Source: Amoeboaphelidium protococcarum X5
Taxonomy: Eukaryota > Fungi > Aphelidiomycota
Direction: 5' to 3'
DNA: 64,000 nucleotides
NCBI GenBank assembly: GCA_023515725.1
Contig: JALDTO010000156.1
Coordinates: 63,182 to 127,181, forward strand
In this document: in pieces, positions 13,468 to 27,161 of the stretch
Position numbering within the stretch: the stretch's first letter is position 1
How the letters are laid out: each line of letters starts with the position of its first letter
Translations under genes and position numbers: made by a program
The notes under the pieces: model-generated
Databases searched by the model: none
Seen by the model: only the letters and a program-made list of their open reading frames with translations
Told to the model about the DNA's origin: nothing

Positions 13468-14045
13468 TCATTTAGACTATCGAAATACCATTTCAATCTC
13501 TTTACGGGCGCTCTCACTAGAATCTGAACCGTGAAATCAATTTCTAGTTTAACTTAACGCATACCTCGCGCGTAGACTCATAGGATCTTATAATTTAGCT
13601 CTACATTAAAAACACTTTATTAGATATATTTCAAATACAAAATCTATTTTCCCAGTTAAAACTTACTTTACTGGATCGCTGTGTCCGATAAGAGTTCGCC
13701 ACCGATTTACAGCATCAGGCGCAACCAGAATCATGGCAATAAATGGACCGCTACATTACCATATGACTCATGATGATGAATTGTTACAGTATAATTGATA
13801 TAATATATATGTACATACCTTGTCATGTATTCGATTAATCTAGGATAAAACTCTTTTCCTTAATGTTCCTTGTAAAACTATGATGCCTCACTATTGTTCC
13901 AAGTCATCGTTTACTGCCTTTCAATATCAAAAGCTCCCACTTTATTTAATTTCTTATCATTAGATTTGATAGTCTTAAATATATATTCAACTGCCTTTTT
14001 ATCAGCCACGACATGCGGCTTTATCAAGGCCAATGTCCTCTACAT
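13468..14045 (-). CDS. Nucleoside diphosphate kinase, NME6-like (3 exons), with an in-frame TGA
   Basis: MQRTLALIKPH, FYKEHQGKEFYPRLIEYMT|SGPFIAMIL, WRTLIG, SLRARYALSQTRN[TGA 13537-13539]FHGSDS. May be a pseudogene or recoded. Confidence 0.85.
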
Positions 14046-14193
14046 TACTATTGCAACAACTATATTTTTCGTTATAATGTTAGTGCGCACCGTACACAGA
14101 TTTAAGAGAGAGATCATCGCCCGATCAAACGAGTTTTTCGTTTCTGAAAACACGTCAAAATATTAAAATCTTCATTCTGAACCATAATATACA

Positions 14194-17100
14194 ATGAGTA
14201 CCATTAATTATAGGACAAAGTAGGTGGTGGAAGAGAATGGAAAAATTAAATTCAAGTATATCAAGTTTGCTGATAGACTGAAGCGGATTAATCCAGACGT
14301 TGTGCACAGGATAAGTCGCGTGGAAGAGCTGGAACCAGAGGAAGGGGATTCGTACTTTAACGCGTCACTGCAGGAGTGGAGAGACTTGAATTGCACATTG
14401 GACTTTTAGCGCTTCTGTTAGGAAGTTTAGTCGTTGGTGAATACATTTAACCAGGTGGTATTTTACAAGGATGATATTGTGTAAGTCTTGCTGAATCACT
14501 TGAATAAGGATCAATCTCTTGCTATGGATGCTTTGCTCAATCTGGTGACTATGCTGGCTAAAGACTTGAGAGATGATTTCTATCCATACTTTGCTCAGTT
14601 CATCCTCTGCTTTAGTAAATTACTTAAACAGTACAAGCAGGATGCCGATATGATTGAGAAGATCTTTGAGGCTATTGGGTACCTTTTCAAGTACCTTAAG
14701 CGATTATTGGCTGCCAATTTCATGTAGACATTCACTGATATTCTACCACTTCTTATGGATGATACCGAGTTTGTCAAGTGGTTTGCCGCGCCGTCGCTGG
14801 CTTTTGTATTGCGCAAAGTTCCTGATGGTGATGCGCTGCGTGATGTGATCAAGTAGATGCTTTAGATTGTGGACTCTTAGTAGAATATCAGTAGAAGTTG
14901 TCTTTTGGATTCTGTGGCAGCTCTGTTTGCAGAGTGCATGAAAGGTATTGGTAATCTATTTCATTTCAAGGCTTCGAGGATATTGGCACTCTTGTTGGAT
15001 AATATCTAACATTCCAAGTGTGGATTAGAATTGACTGAAAAGACGTTGATCTTGTTGCTAGTTCATGGTGACTCTGACTCTAATCAGGATATTGTGTCCA
15101 TGTTGCTATCTCATGCATAAAATGTTGATATGCAATAGCATTGGTACATTATCAAGTTGACAGTTCTTGTGCTGGCGGTCAGGAAGGGAACTCGCGTATA
15201 AAAGTCGATTTAGAGAATTGGAGAGTGGTGTACTACATCGCTGATATCCAGCATCGATTTGGTATAACTGAATGAATCCCAGATTGTTGATTTAGCTTCT
15301 CTAGTTGCCTTGCTTCTGAATGCTTCCTATGATAATGATAGACTTTTGTGTAGCTTGCGTTATATATTCAGTCGAATTAGCGCCGAATAAGTGCTGTAGT
15401 TTTGCTCTGTAATATTGAAAATTTGCACCATTGACTTTGCCTAATTGATATTGCCTGTCCTTACTGAATCTTTTTAGTTAAAGTCAACTGATGATCAATT
15501 AAAACTTGTATAGTGGATATTTTGTCATTAATGTGATGGTACTATCTGTCTGGATGGTGGACGGAAGTTGGACCTTGGGAATAGTGTTGATTAGGTGATT
15601 TCAGATGGTTCTTTAACTGAATTAACTGCTTAATTGTCAGATTAACATATTGCTTTATTGTCGCTGTTGCCATTTATTGTAATTTAGGATGAAGATGCTT
15701 TGAAGAAATTCCTGCTCGAGATCCTCAAATAGCGCCTGAAGGAGTGTGAGAGAAATGGTGATGATTCCATTATGTTTTCAGAGGCTCTCTTCTTGGCTAA
15801 GATTTTGCACTCTTTGGGTGTGCGCCTTAGTTGTGAGGATTTTGCTTCTATGGTCAAGTTGGCCATTTAGCTAAAGTATTGTGGCAATGTGGTGTTTTTA
15901 TCCGTGGTCTATGAGTAGGCGGAAAGGTTGTAGATGATCTCTGCTGATCTAAAAGAGTCAATTGGTGCTCTTTTGTTAGAAAATCTTGTATCTCCCGTGA
16001 GGAGTTGTCGCCTGTTGAGTTTGTAGATTCTGAGTTCAATTAGTGAATGCAGCAGTGTATAGCATTAGATTCTAAATCTACTAGTCTAACTTGAATAAGT
16101 AGAGTATGCGCCTGAAAATAGCCGCGAGATGGTACGCATAATCAATAAAATCAAGACTTTAGTTCCCAGAATTAGTAAATCTGATTTGTATATGTTGCCA
16201 AAGATTTGCGTTGGTATGTTGACTGCCAACTATAAACCTTTGTGGGCTCCTGTGCTCGATCTGATGTGGACTTTTGTCAGTTCTTACCCAAACGGTGCGG
16301 CTAAAAATCCTACATGGGAAGTGATTTGGAATTTCATCTCTCTGTTTGATTCGTTATTGTCTAGTGATTACTTGCCACGGATGTTCAATGTAAGCGCAGA
16401 GTAGCTGTGCTTGTGGTAAGAGTTGTAAAAGAAGACTCTCTAAGCTGATCTAAGTGGGGATGAGCAGTATAAGGGTAATTACCATGATATCACGCTTAAT
16501 CAAATCGCTTCTCTAACTTTTCCACTGTATAAAGCAAGTGCTGTTAATGTCTATGCTCAGAATCTGCTGTAAAACTTTGAATTGCTATCTAATATGCGCG
16601 TAGACTGGCTGAATGTGTATTCTCTGCTTTGTACATCTCTGAAAGATAACTCTTAGCGATTGAACAAGCTCTGGATAGCGCACATTGCTAAAGAATACCT
16701 CCGTCTGTATGATTAATGTTAATCTCATTACGAGCACTAGCTGTATCTTAGAAGCCGTCACTTATTTGAAGTCCTTGCTTATAATTCATCATTGTCAAGC
16801 ATATCAGAAGACATATTGCTTAATCTCAGAAAGAGATCCTTTGACATACTATGTCGCCCGGATGTTTAAATGCAGAAAAGTGCCCTCAAATTACTTAAAG
16901 TGTTTTCAGAGCTTAGATTGTCCAAGTATATTGATGATCTTTTGGCTCTAGTTGATGAAAAGACTTTTAGAGAGACTTTGGCTAGGTGTTCCATATCAGA
17001 AGAGTCCGACTGGTTGTAGTCAGAAGATCGTCAATTCATCCTGCCTATATTGTTGCGCATCTTGTTCTCTAAATCTTTCTCTGGATAAGGTGGTAAGAAT

Positions 17101-20100
17101 GTGCAGCAGTTGCGATCTAATCGTTAGGCATTGATGTCTTATTTGGTGGTTATGGACGAGAATGAACTGAATATATTTGTTGATCTTCTGCTTGGTGACT
17201 ATGAGGCTGAAGATGCAATTGCAGATAAAGAAGTGAAGAATATCATTGGTCTGATGTCAAGATTGCTAGATTTGGTAACTTTTATGAAAACTGCGATTGT
17301 TCCCGTTGTGTCGCGACTGTGGAATGTGATGTCTTTGGTCTAGAAGTCCGTTGATGTAAAGTTGTAGTAAGACTTGGATAGTCCTCTTGCTGACAAATGG
17401 AAGTAGGTGCGCACATTGATTTCCAAGACTGTGTTGCAGTTTTTCAAAATAAGAAGTAGTGATGCTCTGTCGTAGTAGCTGGCCCGATGCTTTGATGAAA
17501 TGTTTAATCTGGTTATTAGACCGAGATTGAGTAAGTTTGCTGATGAGAATTTACAGTAGGCATCTACTTTATTGTAATTGTTCCATCTATGGAGTTATAA
17601 TGAACAATATTTGCCATTTCTTAGTGGTGAGGCAGAATAGATATTCTATCCCTTGATTGATCTTCTCAGTGGTACTAATGTGAAAAGTGAAGTTGTTGAT
17701 ATGACTTTGAGCATATTTGAGAACCTGCTGAGTTTTGCTAAAGGAGACAATGTTAATGCCAGTGCAATACTGAAGATGGTTAGCGGTAGGTTCATGTTAT
17801 CTTTGAAGGCTGCATTTTGTAATTTGAAGAGTGATGATGGTATCAAGAGTAAAATTCTTAGGCGGCAAGTATCTCTTCTATCGAATCTGGTGGATTATAT
17901 TGGCAATGATACCACTGCTTTGACTGATTACGTCTCACTGCTGCTTCCTTATCTCACAATGGCCGATAGATAAGTTAGTCAAGAGTAGAAAGCTAATATT
18001 CTGAAAATAGTTGCAAGTGTATTACCTCAGCATCTTAACCTTCTGGATGATTCCAGTGATGTCAATACTTTGTAGCGCGCAGTCAGCTCATTCACTTTGT
18101 GCTTGAGATCTTTAACTTTGTAAGAGTCTAGATTATTGCTTTGTCAGTGTTTTTAGACTATTGCCATTAAAGAGTCGCGGTATGAAAGAGTGTGCCAGTT
18201 GCTGAATAACTTGAATGCTTTCAAACGTGGTCGAGTTGATGAAGCAGACTGGTCCGTCAGATTGAATTGCGTTTCTTAGATTAACGATACTCTGCTTGAT
18301 CAGCTGGATTGCGTAGAATGGGGGATCATACTTAATCAGTATCTATACTTTGTACAAGTGCTTGGTGATTAAAGCTTGCGATAGTCTGCATCTTATGGAA
18401 TGAGAAAGTTTATAAGCCTCGCCGCTAAACTTCAGGATGATTCGCCTTTGAAGAGTTTGTTGGACACTCACATCTTCAGCTTCATAAAGAATGGTGTCAA
18501 GTCACTGGATGAAGATGTCAGGACCGAGTTTGTTCTTCTCATGGATTGTCTTATTTTGGAGATGCCAGACTGGTCTAAAGTTGCTGGACTGGGCGAACTA
18601 AGAGCTGGTGGTGACGAAGAAGCTAATTTCTTCAATAATATTATTCATCTGTAGCTTCATAGAAGGGCCAAAGCTATCAGAAGGTTCACTGAGCATTTGA
18701 AGACTGATTCATCTCAGTAAATTCCAAGCTCCACTTTGGTCAACGTGTTTATGCCAATCTTTATGAACAATCTCCTATCTGCAGAGAAGAAAATACATGA
18801 TTAGATTGTGGTTGATTCTATTCATGCCATCGCTGCGATTTGCCGTCGGTTGACTTGGTCATAGTATTACAGTGTCTACTCTCAGCTGAAGAAGCTTTTC
18901 GATATGAAAGGGTAAAAGTCTATGTTAAGAGCACTTTTAGCTGTTTTGGAGCAATTTCATTGGAAGGCATAGGATGGCTGTGAGTAGGAATGTTCAGCGA
19001 TGGATGCTTTATCCTCTAAGATCTTACCTTACTTGTACAAGATTTTAAATATGCGTACGGAAGATGATTCGAAGCTGGCTATTAGAATTCCAGTTGCACT
19101 CACTTATGCGTAGTTGCTGTAGAATTTATCTGACAATGTTTTCGTGTACGAGATTAAGCGTCTATTTACTTGCTTGGTGTACATTTTGCGGTCTCGCAGC
19201 CAAGAAGTTAGAGATTAAGCGCGTAATACACTGGTAAAGATCGTTAAGCTCCTTGGTCACAACTGTCTTGAGTATTTGGTGAAGGAGCTCAGATCTGCTC
19301 TCACTAAAGGCTACTAATTACATGTTCTCGGGTACAGTTTATCTAGTATCATCATTGACAGTTTCGATGTGTTTACTATTGGTGCTTTTGATCGCTGCAT
19401 GGATGTCACTTTATCTATCTTGTTTACTGATATATTTGGGCTGGTGGGTGAATAGAAAGAGGTTGAAGAGCTGGCTCGTCAGTCCAAAGAGTATCGCGGT
19501 TGTCGTAGTATTGAGGCATTTGAGTGTTTATCCGCCGTGCTATCTCCATCTTCACTATAGAAAGTTATGGATCGTGTTGCCAGTCTATTAGATGCATCTC
19601 AGGGTAGATCATTTAGTGTAAAGATGGGTGACGTGTTGCGCAAGTTTTCCATTGGATTGTTGAGGAATAGTGGCCTAGATTCTGATGCTTTGATGTCTCT
19701 GATTTAATCATTGTTGTAGCCAGTTTAAAGTAGCTTTTACGCCAAGTAGAAGCATAGTACTACGTTGGTTGAGAGTATAGAGCAATCTAATGACATGGAT
19801 GTGGATGCTTCTCCTATTACCAAGACTGAATCTTCACAGGCTATTAAACATTACTTTGATTAGAATAAGCACTTGTTAATTGAGCTTGGTCTGAATCTAC
19901 TGAGAGGCCTACTGAAGAGAGACTAGGTGGATGACTCTGAACAATGGAATAGAATTCTTGAATAGCTTAGCGCCTTGCTAGAGATGAAAGAGACTGGTGT
20001 GTTGAATTCTTGCCTCAAGTGTGTGTGCTAAATGTTGAACAGAAAATTGTAGTTATCCTCTGATGTGCTGAGCAGGTGCTGTAATTTGTGTGTCAATATA

Positions 20101-21750
20101 GTACTTCGACACTTGAATCTGAATAATGCTCTGGTGCAAGAGTGTCTACGTCTGCTGGCCGTGACTCTAAAAAGTTGCCCAGACATTGAATTGTTGAATG
20201 AACACCAGTTGACTGCTATTCTGAAAATGATAAAGCCTGATATTCCAAAGTCAGATGAACATTCTGTGATATTCTCCTTCATCAGATCTGTGCTCGCCAA
20301 GCGTATGATGGCTCCAATCTTGTATGACATTATTGATGAGTGCTGCTAATGTGCTGTCACTCATCAGTCCGGCCACGTTTAGTCTGTCTGTAGAAGTATT
20401 GTTGTGCAGTTCTACCTTGATTATCCAGCGGGTGAGAATAAGATCAAGAAGCTGTTTCAGTTTGTTGCCAGCAATATGAGTTATGACATTGAATGTGGCA
20501 GATTATCTGTAATGTAAATGTTGGAGTTGATACTTATAAAGTTTCCCGCTGATGTGATTGATGCACAAGGAGAAGCCCTGTTTATGGCTCTAGTGATGTG
20601 TCTTGCTAATGATCAATCACCTCGCTGTAAAGAGAAAGCTGCTCAGGTTTTGGATAGTCTATTTCCTATGATGTCCTAGAAGAATTTGGCAAAAGTTGAG
20701 AATCTGATCACATTATGGTTTGATGGTGAGAACACTTTGAAGAGCCTTGGAGTGCAAGTTCTCCGTATTATAATTTTGAGCCAGTCTCGACAGAATGATG
20801 ACGATAATAGCTGTATAGTATCCTTAAAATCTCTGGACATGTTCATGTAGAAATGCTTTACAGTATTTGACCAGAGTCTGGGCGATGATTAAGATTGGCA
20901 GTTGCGTTATCAGTGTTTAGTATTCTTGAGTAAGTGCTTATAAGCCAATAATCTTGTTGTGGATGATCATTTATTAGAGTTAGTGATGAAGTGCATGTTG
21001 GACGTTCATGCTTGGGTGCGGCTGGCTTCTAGTCGTTTGGTGCTTTAGGTTGCACAGTCTTAGCCTCATTCATTAGCTTTACACACTAATAAACTGATGA
21101 GATTAAGTCTAAATTAGTTGAAAAGTTCTGTGCTGGATGAATAACAGTGTGCTTTGACTCTGGACAATCTCAAAGTTATTGGTGATTTTGAGTATAGTCA
21201 ATGTCTTCCATCTGGATTTACTCCTCGTGCTGCAGATGTTTAGGACAGTACAAGTGATGACCAAGATCAAGCATAGAATCTTCTATCTTTGTACAAAAGA
21301 GCAATCGTGATGGCTAAATTAGAGCAGAATTCACCTTCGGTTCTGGTGAGACGCGTGGTGATTGAATGGCTCACCCATATCGCCGATAGTGTAAGTAAAG
21401 AAGATTTATGCCGAATACTGCCAACTATTCTGCCATTCATTTACAGAACATCTTAGGATGAGACCACAGTTGTTACTGGATTTGAAGAGGTGAAAACACA
21501 GTGCCACCTAACAATGAGAGCTATTGAGAAGAAGATTGGCACATCAGAGTACTTCAGGATTCAGCAAGAGGTGTAGATGGAGATATAAAAGGTGAAGAAT
21601 GAGCGTCTTAGAGAAAAGTAATTGATGGCAGTGTCCGATCCGCAACGCTACGAGCAGCGAAAGGTTTAGAAGCGCTCGATGAAGTAGAATGCCAAGAAGC
21701 GTAAAGTTGAAGAGAACAATATCCGGTATGGGAAGAAGTTGAGACAATGA
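14194..21750 (+). CDS. UTP20: U3 snoRNP/SSU processome component UTP20 (HEAT repeats)
   Basis: ~2518-aa frame; SYFNASLQEWRDLNCTLDF, LAKDLRDDFYPYF, DEEANFFNNIIHLQLHRRAKA, LTKGYQLHVLGY. Confidence 0.93.
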
Positions 21751-21899
21751 TTAGAGTAGAATATATTTATATTGCTAACTTATACATCTTGATATTTTTA
21801 AATTTTTTTCAATGCCATCTCTTCATTAGGCTTTACACTACATAGAGCGCATAATAACTAAAAAAAGTTCCTCTGAAAATCAAGCTCTTTCTCAAACAC

Positions 21900-22450
21900 T
21901 CATCCTTGTACTGTACTTTAGAAAATATTACGCAACAGTTTGAGTCTGGCGTTCGACCACTGTTCATAACTCTGGATGATGAGCGCGTCCGCGGATAGTC
22001 TCCACTCGGTGGGGTTTTTACAAAGCATTTACCAAAGCGTTATCAAACTCAGTGCCATTATCCCTTTGAAGACCTTTTGGTGGACCAAACCCATTCAATC
22101 GCAGAGTGTTACAATGTTCTCAGCCAGAGAAACTTAGCCCTTTCCTGGGTATCGCAAACAACCAGGAAAGTTAACTGATACAGTCAATGATGGCACAAAT
22201 TTTGGCGTTCCCACCATGAACCACATTGTAATACCCATTAAAATCAATTTGCAGCCGTTCCATAGGATGACTGTATACTATAGCCTTGACCGGCATCTAA
22301 TTGGTGAATTTGGAGAACTAGATGCAAACTACGCATTGCCTGATAAAGTCCTCCACCCACTTCCTATTAAATCCAGCCTTACACTTCTTGCCAGTACAAT
22401 AAGTCTCCTAAATCTTCTGAAAACCCAGCTTTCCATATTCGCCAATTTAT
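21900..22450 (-). mobile_element. Decayed retroviral-like (rve, DDE) integrase, Ginger/Polinton/Ty3-like
   Basis: VEDFIRQCVVC (Zn C2), HPMERLQIDF (D), AIIDCIS, FGPPKGLQRDNGTEFDN (D), RGRAHHP...VVER (E); two in-frame TGA stops. Confidence 0.85.
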
Positions 22451-22949
22451 CGCGAGAGAATGTCTTAATCTTGAGGTACAATAAAAGACATGTATAATGG
22501 TATGTCTCCAACCAAAGGACTTCTCTACAGCCCCGCAACGGCCATTTATAAGAAGGAGCACAGAATTTATAGCAGACAGCATCGATAGCATCCTCCAACG
22601 TCACGCACTTCCGTTGAGTCACCTCAGTTCTTCTGATCTTCAACATGTCTATGACATTAAAAGATGTTGGATATTTTTAAAAAGAAGAATATAGCGCTGT
22701 TAAACTTTGCATTGGTTATATTGCGTACCGTCTCAACTTGGGGTCCAAGTGGGCTTTAGATCATCCCAACGAGTTTGTTGTTATTAACAGCAACTTACCC
22801 AATCATGGAAATGTAATATTTGTCCAGTGCATCTTTCTTCAGCTGGACCTGCTCATAACGCATCAATTTTGCCTTTTAAACAGAGTTAAGGTCAGTATAT
22901 TCATTGAGAATTTACTGGCAGTGTTCATCCAAGAGGGAGTCATATCCCT

Positions 22950-23425
22950 TGGTTAGCATTGCATTTTAAACACTGTCCAGCCAGGGCCAGTAATTGCTAC
23001 CAACAAAAGGAATTTTTACCAAACTATTGCTGCACCACACATCTTAATAGTACTTACAGTATTAAAACTTCTTCCAATGCTCGAAATGCAGCAACATACT
23101 TTAATACTGACCCCTTCTACTTTAACTCTCTCATCTTCTTCCTTACTTGTTCGTCATATTGCCCTAACTCTCTCATCTTCTTCCTTACTTGTTCGTCATA
23201 TTGCCCGATTTGGAACTTCTATCGCAACTCTCCAGCAAACTCCTCCCAATCTGCAAAGGGAAATATACCATTCTTTGTTCTCTTTCGCAACCATTCCCAT
23301 GCACCTGTACCACCACGTAAGACTTTCGCCATATATAGTATCGCCGTTTCCACGCTTACTGCTCCTGAAGAGACTTCTTCTATGAGTTTTCCACTACCGT
23401 TGTAATCTAACAATACAGTGACCAC
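22950..23425 (-). mobile_element. Retrotransposon gag (capsid) fragment
   Basis: AKVLRGGTGAWEW...FADWEEFAGELRQKF...ELKQKGSVLKYVAAFRAL, the Retrotrans_gag pattern. Confidence 0.75.
23123..23206. repeat. Perfect 42-bp tandem duplication inside gag
   Basis: taactctctcatcttcttccttacttgttcgtcatattgccc x2 (GQYDEQVRKKMREL x2, in frame). Confidence 0.95.
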
Positions 23426-24009
23426 AGAGCATATTGAATGATTCTTGCGATCATGAACAATGCATCATAAAGTTGAAAATATAGATGCAGTAACCGTTCA
23501 TAATAGTCAAGACTCAACCATAGCAATTTTCAGGGATACTACCAATACTGAAGCATTCTTTTGTTAGATTCATTTTCTAAATACAATATATGTTCAAATT
23601 ATAAATTTACCAGAGTTTTTTAAAGAGAACTCGATAAAGTCAAAAGACAACTATTTGAAAGCAGCATTTATAAAGTAGGCACCATCAACCTTCCCACTAG
23701 CAATATTTAGGTCGGCAAAAAGAAACGTTGACCAAAGAGCTCATAACTCAGAAATACAGCAAGTCTTTAATTAGTTCAGAATAATAATTTCCAATTATTT
23801 ACTTTTTAAGATTGCATAAAATAAAAATGTTATTTATTATTTTTGTTTACTTGAGTAAGATGAAGGAGAAGAAGAAAGTCTCGTCATTTCGTGAATGTAA
23901 ATCAATTGTCGATCGAAACTTAATTTCCATAATCCCCTTTAAATACTATACTCTCAAGGTATCATATATACGTGCACGCGCAGTTCAAGATTCATCTTCC
24001 AAGGTCATT

Positions 24010-25656
24010 ATGCTTATAGAGGAAAATGATGTTAATGTTGATGATGATACAGCTAGTTAGAATCAAAGTATTCATGATGAAGATTTAAAAGTGGGCAAAA
24101 TTAAAGCATTCACAGCAGTGTCCATGATTGTTGGTATGATGATAGGTGGAGGAATATTCTCTGCACCATCAGTAATAGTTAAAGATATCCAGAATTTGAC
24201 TGCGGTACTGTTCATTTGGTTATCCGCTGGTCTGGTGTCGACATTCGGCGCTCTAATCTATGCAGAACTGGGCACCATGATGACCAAGAGTGGTGGCGAG
24301 CAAACGTATCTGCAATAAACTTATGGTCCTATGCTCGCTGCCGTATTCTCGTGGATGTCTTGCTTTGTGGGGAAACCATCATCCTTTGCAATCATTGTTA
24401 TTGTATTTGCCAACTATGCCTATCCCAGTTCATAATCTTCGAACGGTTCGCAGCTGGACGCTACTAATTATAATGAACTCAGAGATATTTGGGTGCGCCG
24501 ATTGATTGCTGCTCTACTTGCCGTATTCCTCACTTTGATGAATATGAAATCCAACTTTGGTCTCCGCTTGCAGAATATATCGACAGCTTTCAAGGTGGTT
24601 TGTATTATAGTGTTATTGATATAGGCGCTGATATTTGGAGTTACAGGGAAGTTCCAGGTTCTATCTGATAATTTCAAATCTACAACCATCAGTAATGCAG
24701 CGGATTACTCTCTTACACCTTATGCGATTGTGATGGCGTTGTATTAGGCATTCTGGAGTTTTGATGGTTGGAATTCTGTGAATTTCGTCGCCTCTGAAGT
24801 TGATAATCCATCCAGGAATATACCGCTGGCTATTAGTGTAAGTGTGCCGACTGTCACCGTGATATATTTATGCTTGAATCTGGCGTATTTCACAGTGATC
24901 CCCGTAGAGTAGATCATTGGCACGTCCACCATTGGTCTGGAGTTTGGCTCTAGTTTTCCTTTTGGTAGAATTTTTGTAACTATTTGTGTTTGTGTATCCA
25001 CACTTAGTTCTGCTAATGCCTCCCTCTACACAGGGGCCAGATTGGCTGAAGCAGCTGCGGATGAACAACTCTTGCCGCGATACTTTGCATCTTTGAATAG
25101 ATCTCACGCTGAAGGAAATCCTATCCGTGCGCTATCTCTTCAATGTGCACTAAGTCTATTCTTCATTCTCTCTGGATCTTATGAATCTTTGGTCACTCTG
25201 TATGGACAGATGATGTGGGTGTTCTATGCCATGACTGCCACCTGTGTATTCATACTTCGTTTCCGGTCACCAGAGAAGTCGTGGACTCGACCATTCTCAG
25301 TATCTCTTCTGATTGCTGGTATATTCTGCGTGTTTGGTCTCTCTTTTGCCGTCTTACCTCTGTTCACTGATACCAAGTAGGCCTTGATTTCCTATTCTTG
25401 CCTGGTTGCATTTGCCTTGTTCTATTAGATGCGTGCCTTGTATAATCGCAGAGTTAAGCGGAAATCATCGCAAGATGCAGATTATACTCAGGTGGATGAT
25501 ATTAATGAAGTTAGTAATCTTCGAGATCAACGATATTATTCACTCACGAATAAACAGGGAGATTAATTTGAGAAATTGTAGCAAGATGATGAGGAGGCTG
25601 TTCAACTCTATGAGACTGCAGGTGAAAATATATAACTGACTGGTAAATCTACCTGA
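24010..25656 (+). CDS. APC/LAT-family amino acid permease (SLC7/Mup1-like)
   Basis: GMMIGGGIF, YAELGTMMTKSGGEQTY, FWSFDGWNSVNFVASEVDNPSRNIP, RPFSV; multiple TMs. Confidence 0.93.
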
Positions 25657-25847
25657 TTTATGTTCAATCATAAATTATACAACTGCTACATATCCTGGTG
25701 ATATCGCCGAGCCAATTGAGCAAGCTTTACATAATACATTTAGGCGCTATGTATCTCTAAAATTGAAACTTGTGAATATAGATAATTTAAAGCATATTTC
25801 ATCTAAAGCAGCTCATCATTCTAATAATTCATCAACAATCGTTAGAA

Positions 25848-26831
25848 TCATCGGCCTTGAGTCAATTTTCTAAATATAAATAACATTAGTTACCGCACGT
25901 AGCCAGTATATCCACCCACTTTGTTATGTAGACCATAGTAGACGAGAGTGTTCTTCATTTTACCCATAACTAGGGCAAGTATAATCAATCGAGCCAGTTG
26001 ACGTAAAAACTACCGCCGCACCTAATTCTGACGCACAAGCAGCCGTGTAGATACGGAAATGGGATACCGAAAGATGACAGAGTTGACCACGTACAGGCTG
26101 CATAGAAATACCAGACCATCAGTGACGATATCCTAATTGAATTTAGTAGAGTAAATCCGCCCAATAATCGAAGACTAATTCTATAACTGCTCCGCCTACC
26201 GCGCAATCTCCTGTCTATACTCTTGTATGGAATTACTGAGGAGTTATCGCGTGTCATTCAATGCAGCACTCAAGCGCTCTGTAGTCTTTTACTGCACAGC
26301 CAAACCAACACTCATATCACCCACCTCAGTCTCCAGTTCATTCACACGGTCCTTGTACAGTACAAGTTCATTACTTATTTTGGATACGTGTCTATTCAAT
26401 CGCCTGTTATTGAGAAAATTCACAATATTCACCATATAATTACTACTACTGAGCTGTAGAAGCTAATTGTTAACTTTATTTTAATTCTACAATACCATCT
26501 CGATCGACTTGACCAGCTATTGAGAATCTGCAGACAGTAGATTCTGCTAATCATCGCCGCCATTCAACAATTGAAGCGAGTCTTGATAATTCCTGAGCAG
26601 TGCATTATGATAATTAAGCTACTAATCTTTTGCAGAATTAATCATGGATACTTCATCTGCATCTGCATTGTCTATAAATTCCTGACTGAGAGTGGATAAT
26701 GACAGATTGCGACCTCCACTTTGCCGCTGACTTAGTAATGCACTACTTGAAGACCGCTATGGAAATCTAAATTTCTAATGACTATTATTATTATTATTAC
26801 TATTCTCCACCTACTACTAATCAATATTCAT
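25848..26831 (-). CDS. Hypothetical coiled-coil protein with C-terminal hydrophobic segments
   Basis: 327-aa open frame in code 6; coiled-coil middle, two hydrophobic C-terminal stretches. Confidence 0.65.
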
Positions 26832-27161
26832 AATTAAATAAATTCTTATTATTAAAAATTGTCAATAAAAGCTTTGAAATATTATTATCAATACAATTCT
26901 GAGTGTTTCAATCAAATCAAATTAACGAAAGGAAGAGATTCGATCAATGGAAGAGTGAGCGAGAGAGAGCGAGATTGAAGTAGATCAGATGATAGAGTAA
27001 GTGCATACAGACTGAACAGTGTATCCTATGTTGACCATAATTGATTCCTGGCAAAACGCATATAGTGTAGAAATCTATAAAATTACATAGTTGTCTAGAG
27101 TAAATATCATTATATAAAACGTAAATGCATTAGCTGTATATCCCTTAAGAGATGTGCAGTG

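Noticed and set aside
13380-13475. Candidate SECIS downstream of the NDK
   Set aside because: ATGA...AA...GA can be found, but helix II does not pair convincingly by eye.
14194-21750. Apparent mass pseudogenisation (many stops in UTP20 and other genes)
   Set aside because: The interruptions are TAA/TAG and are explained by Gln reassignment.
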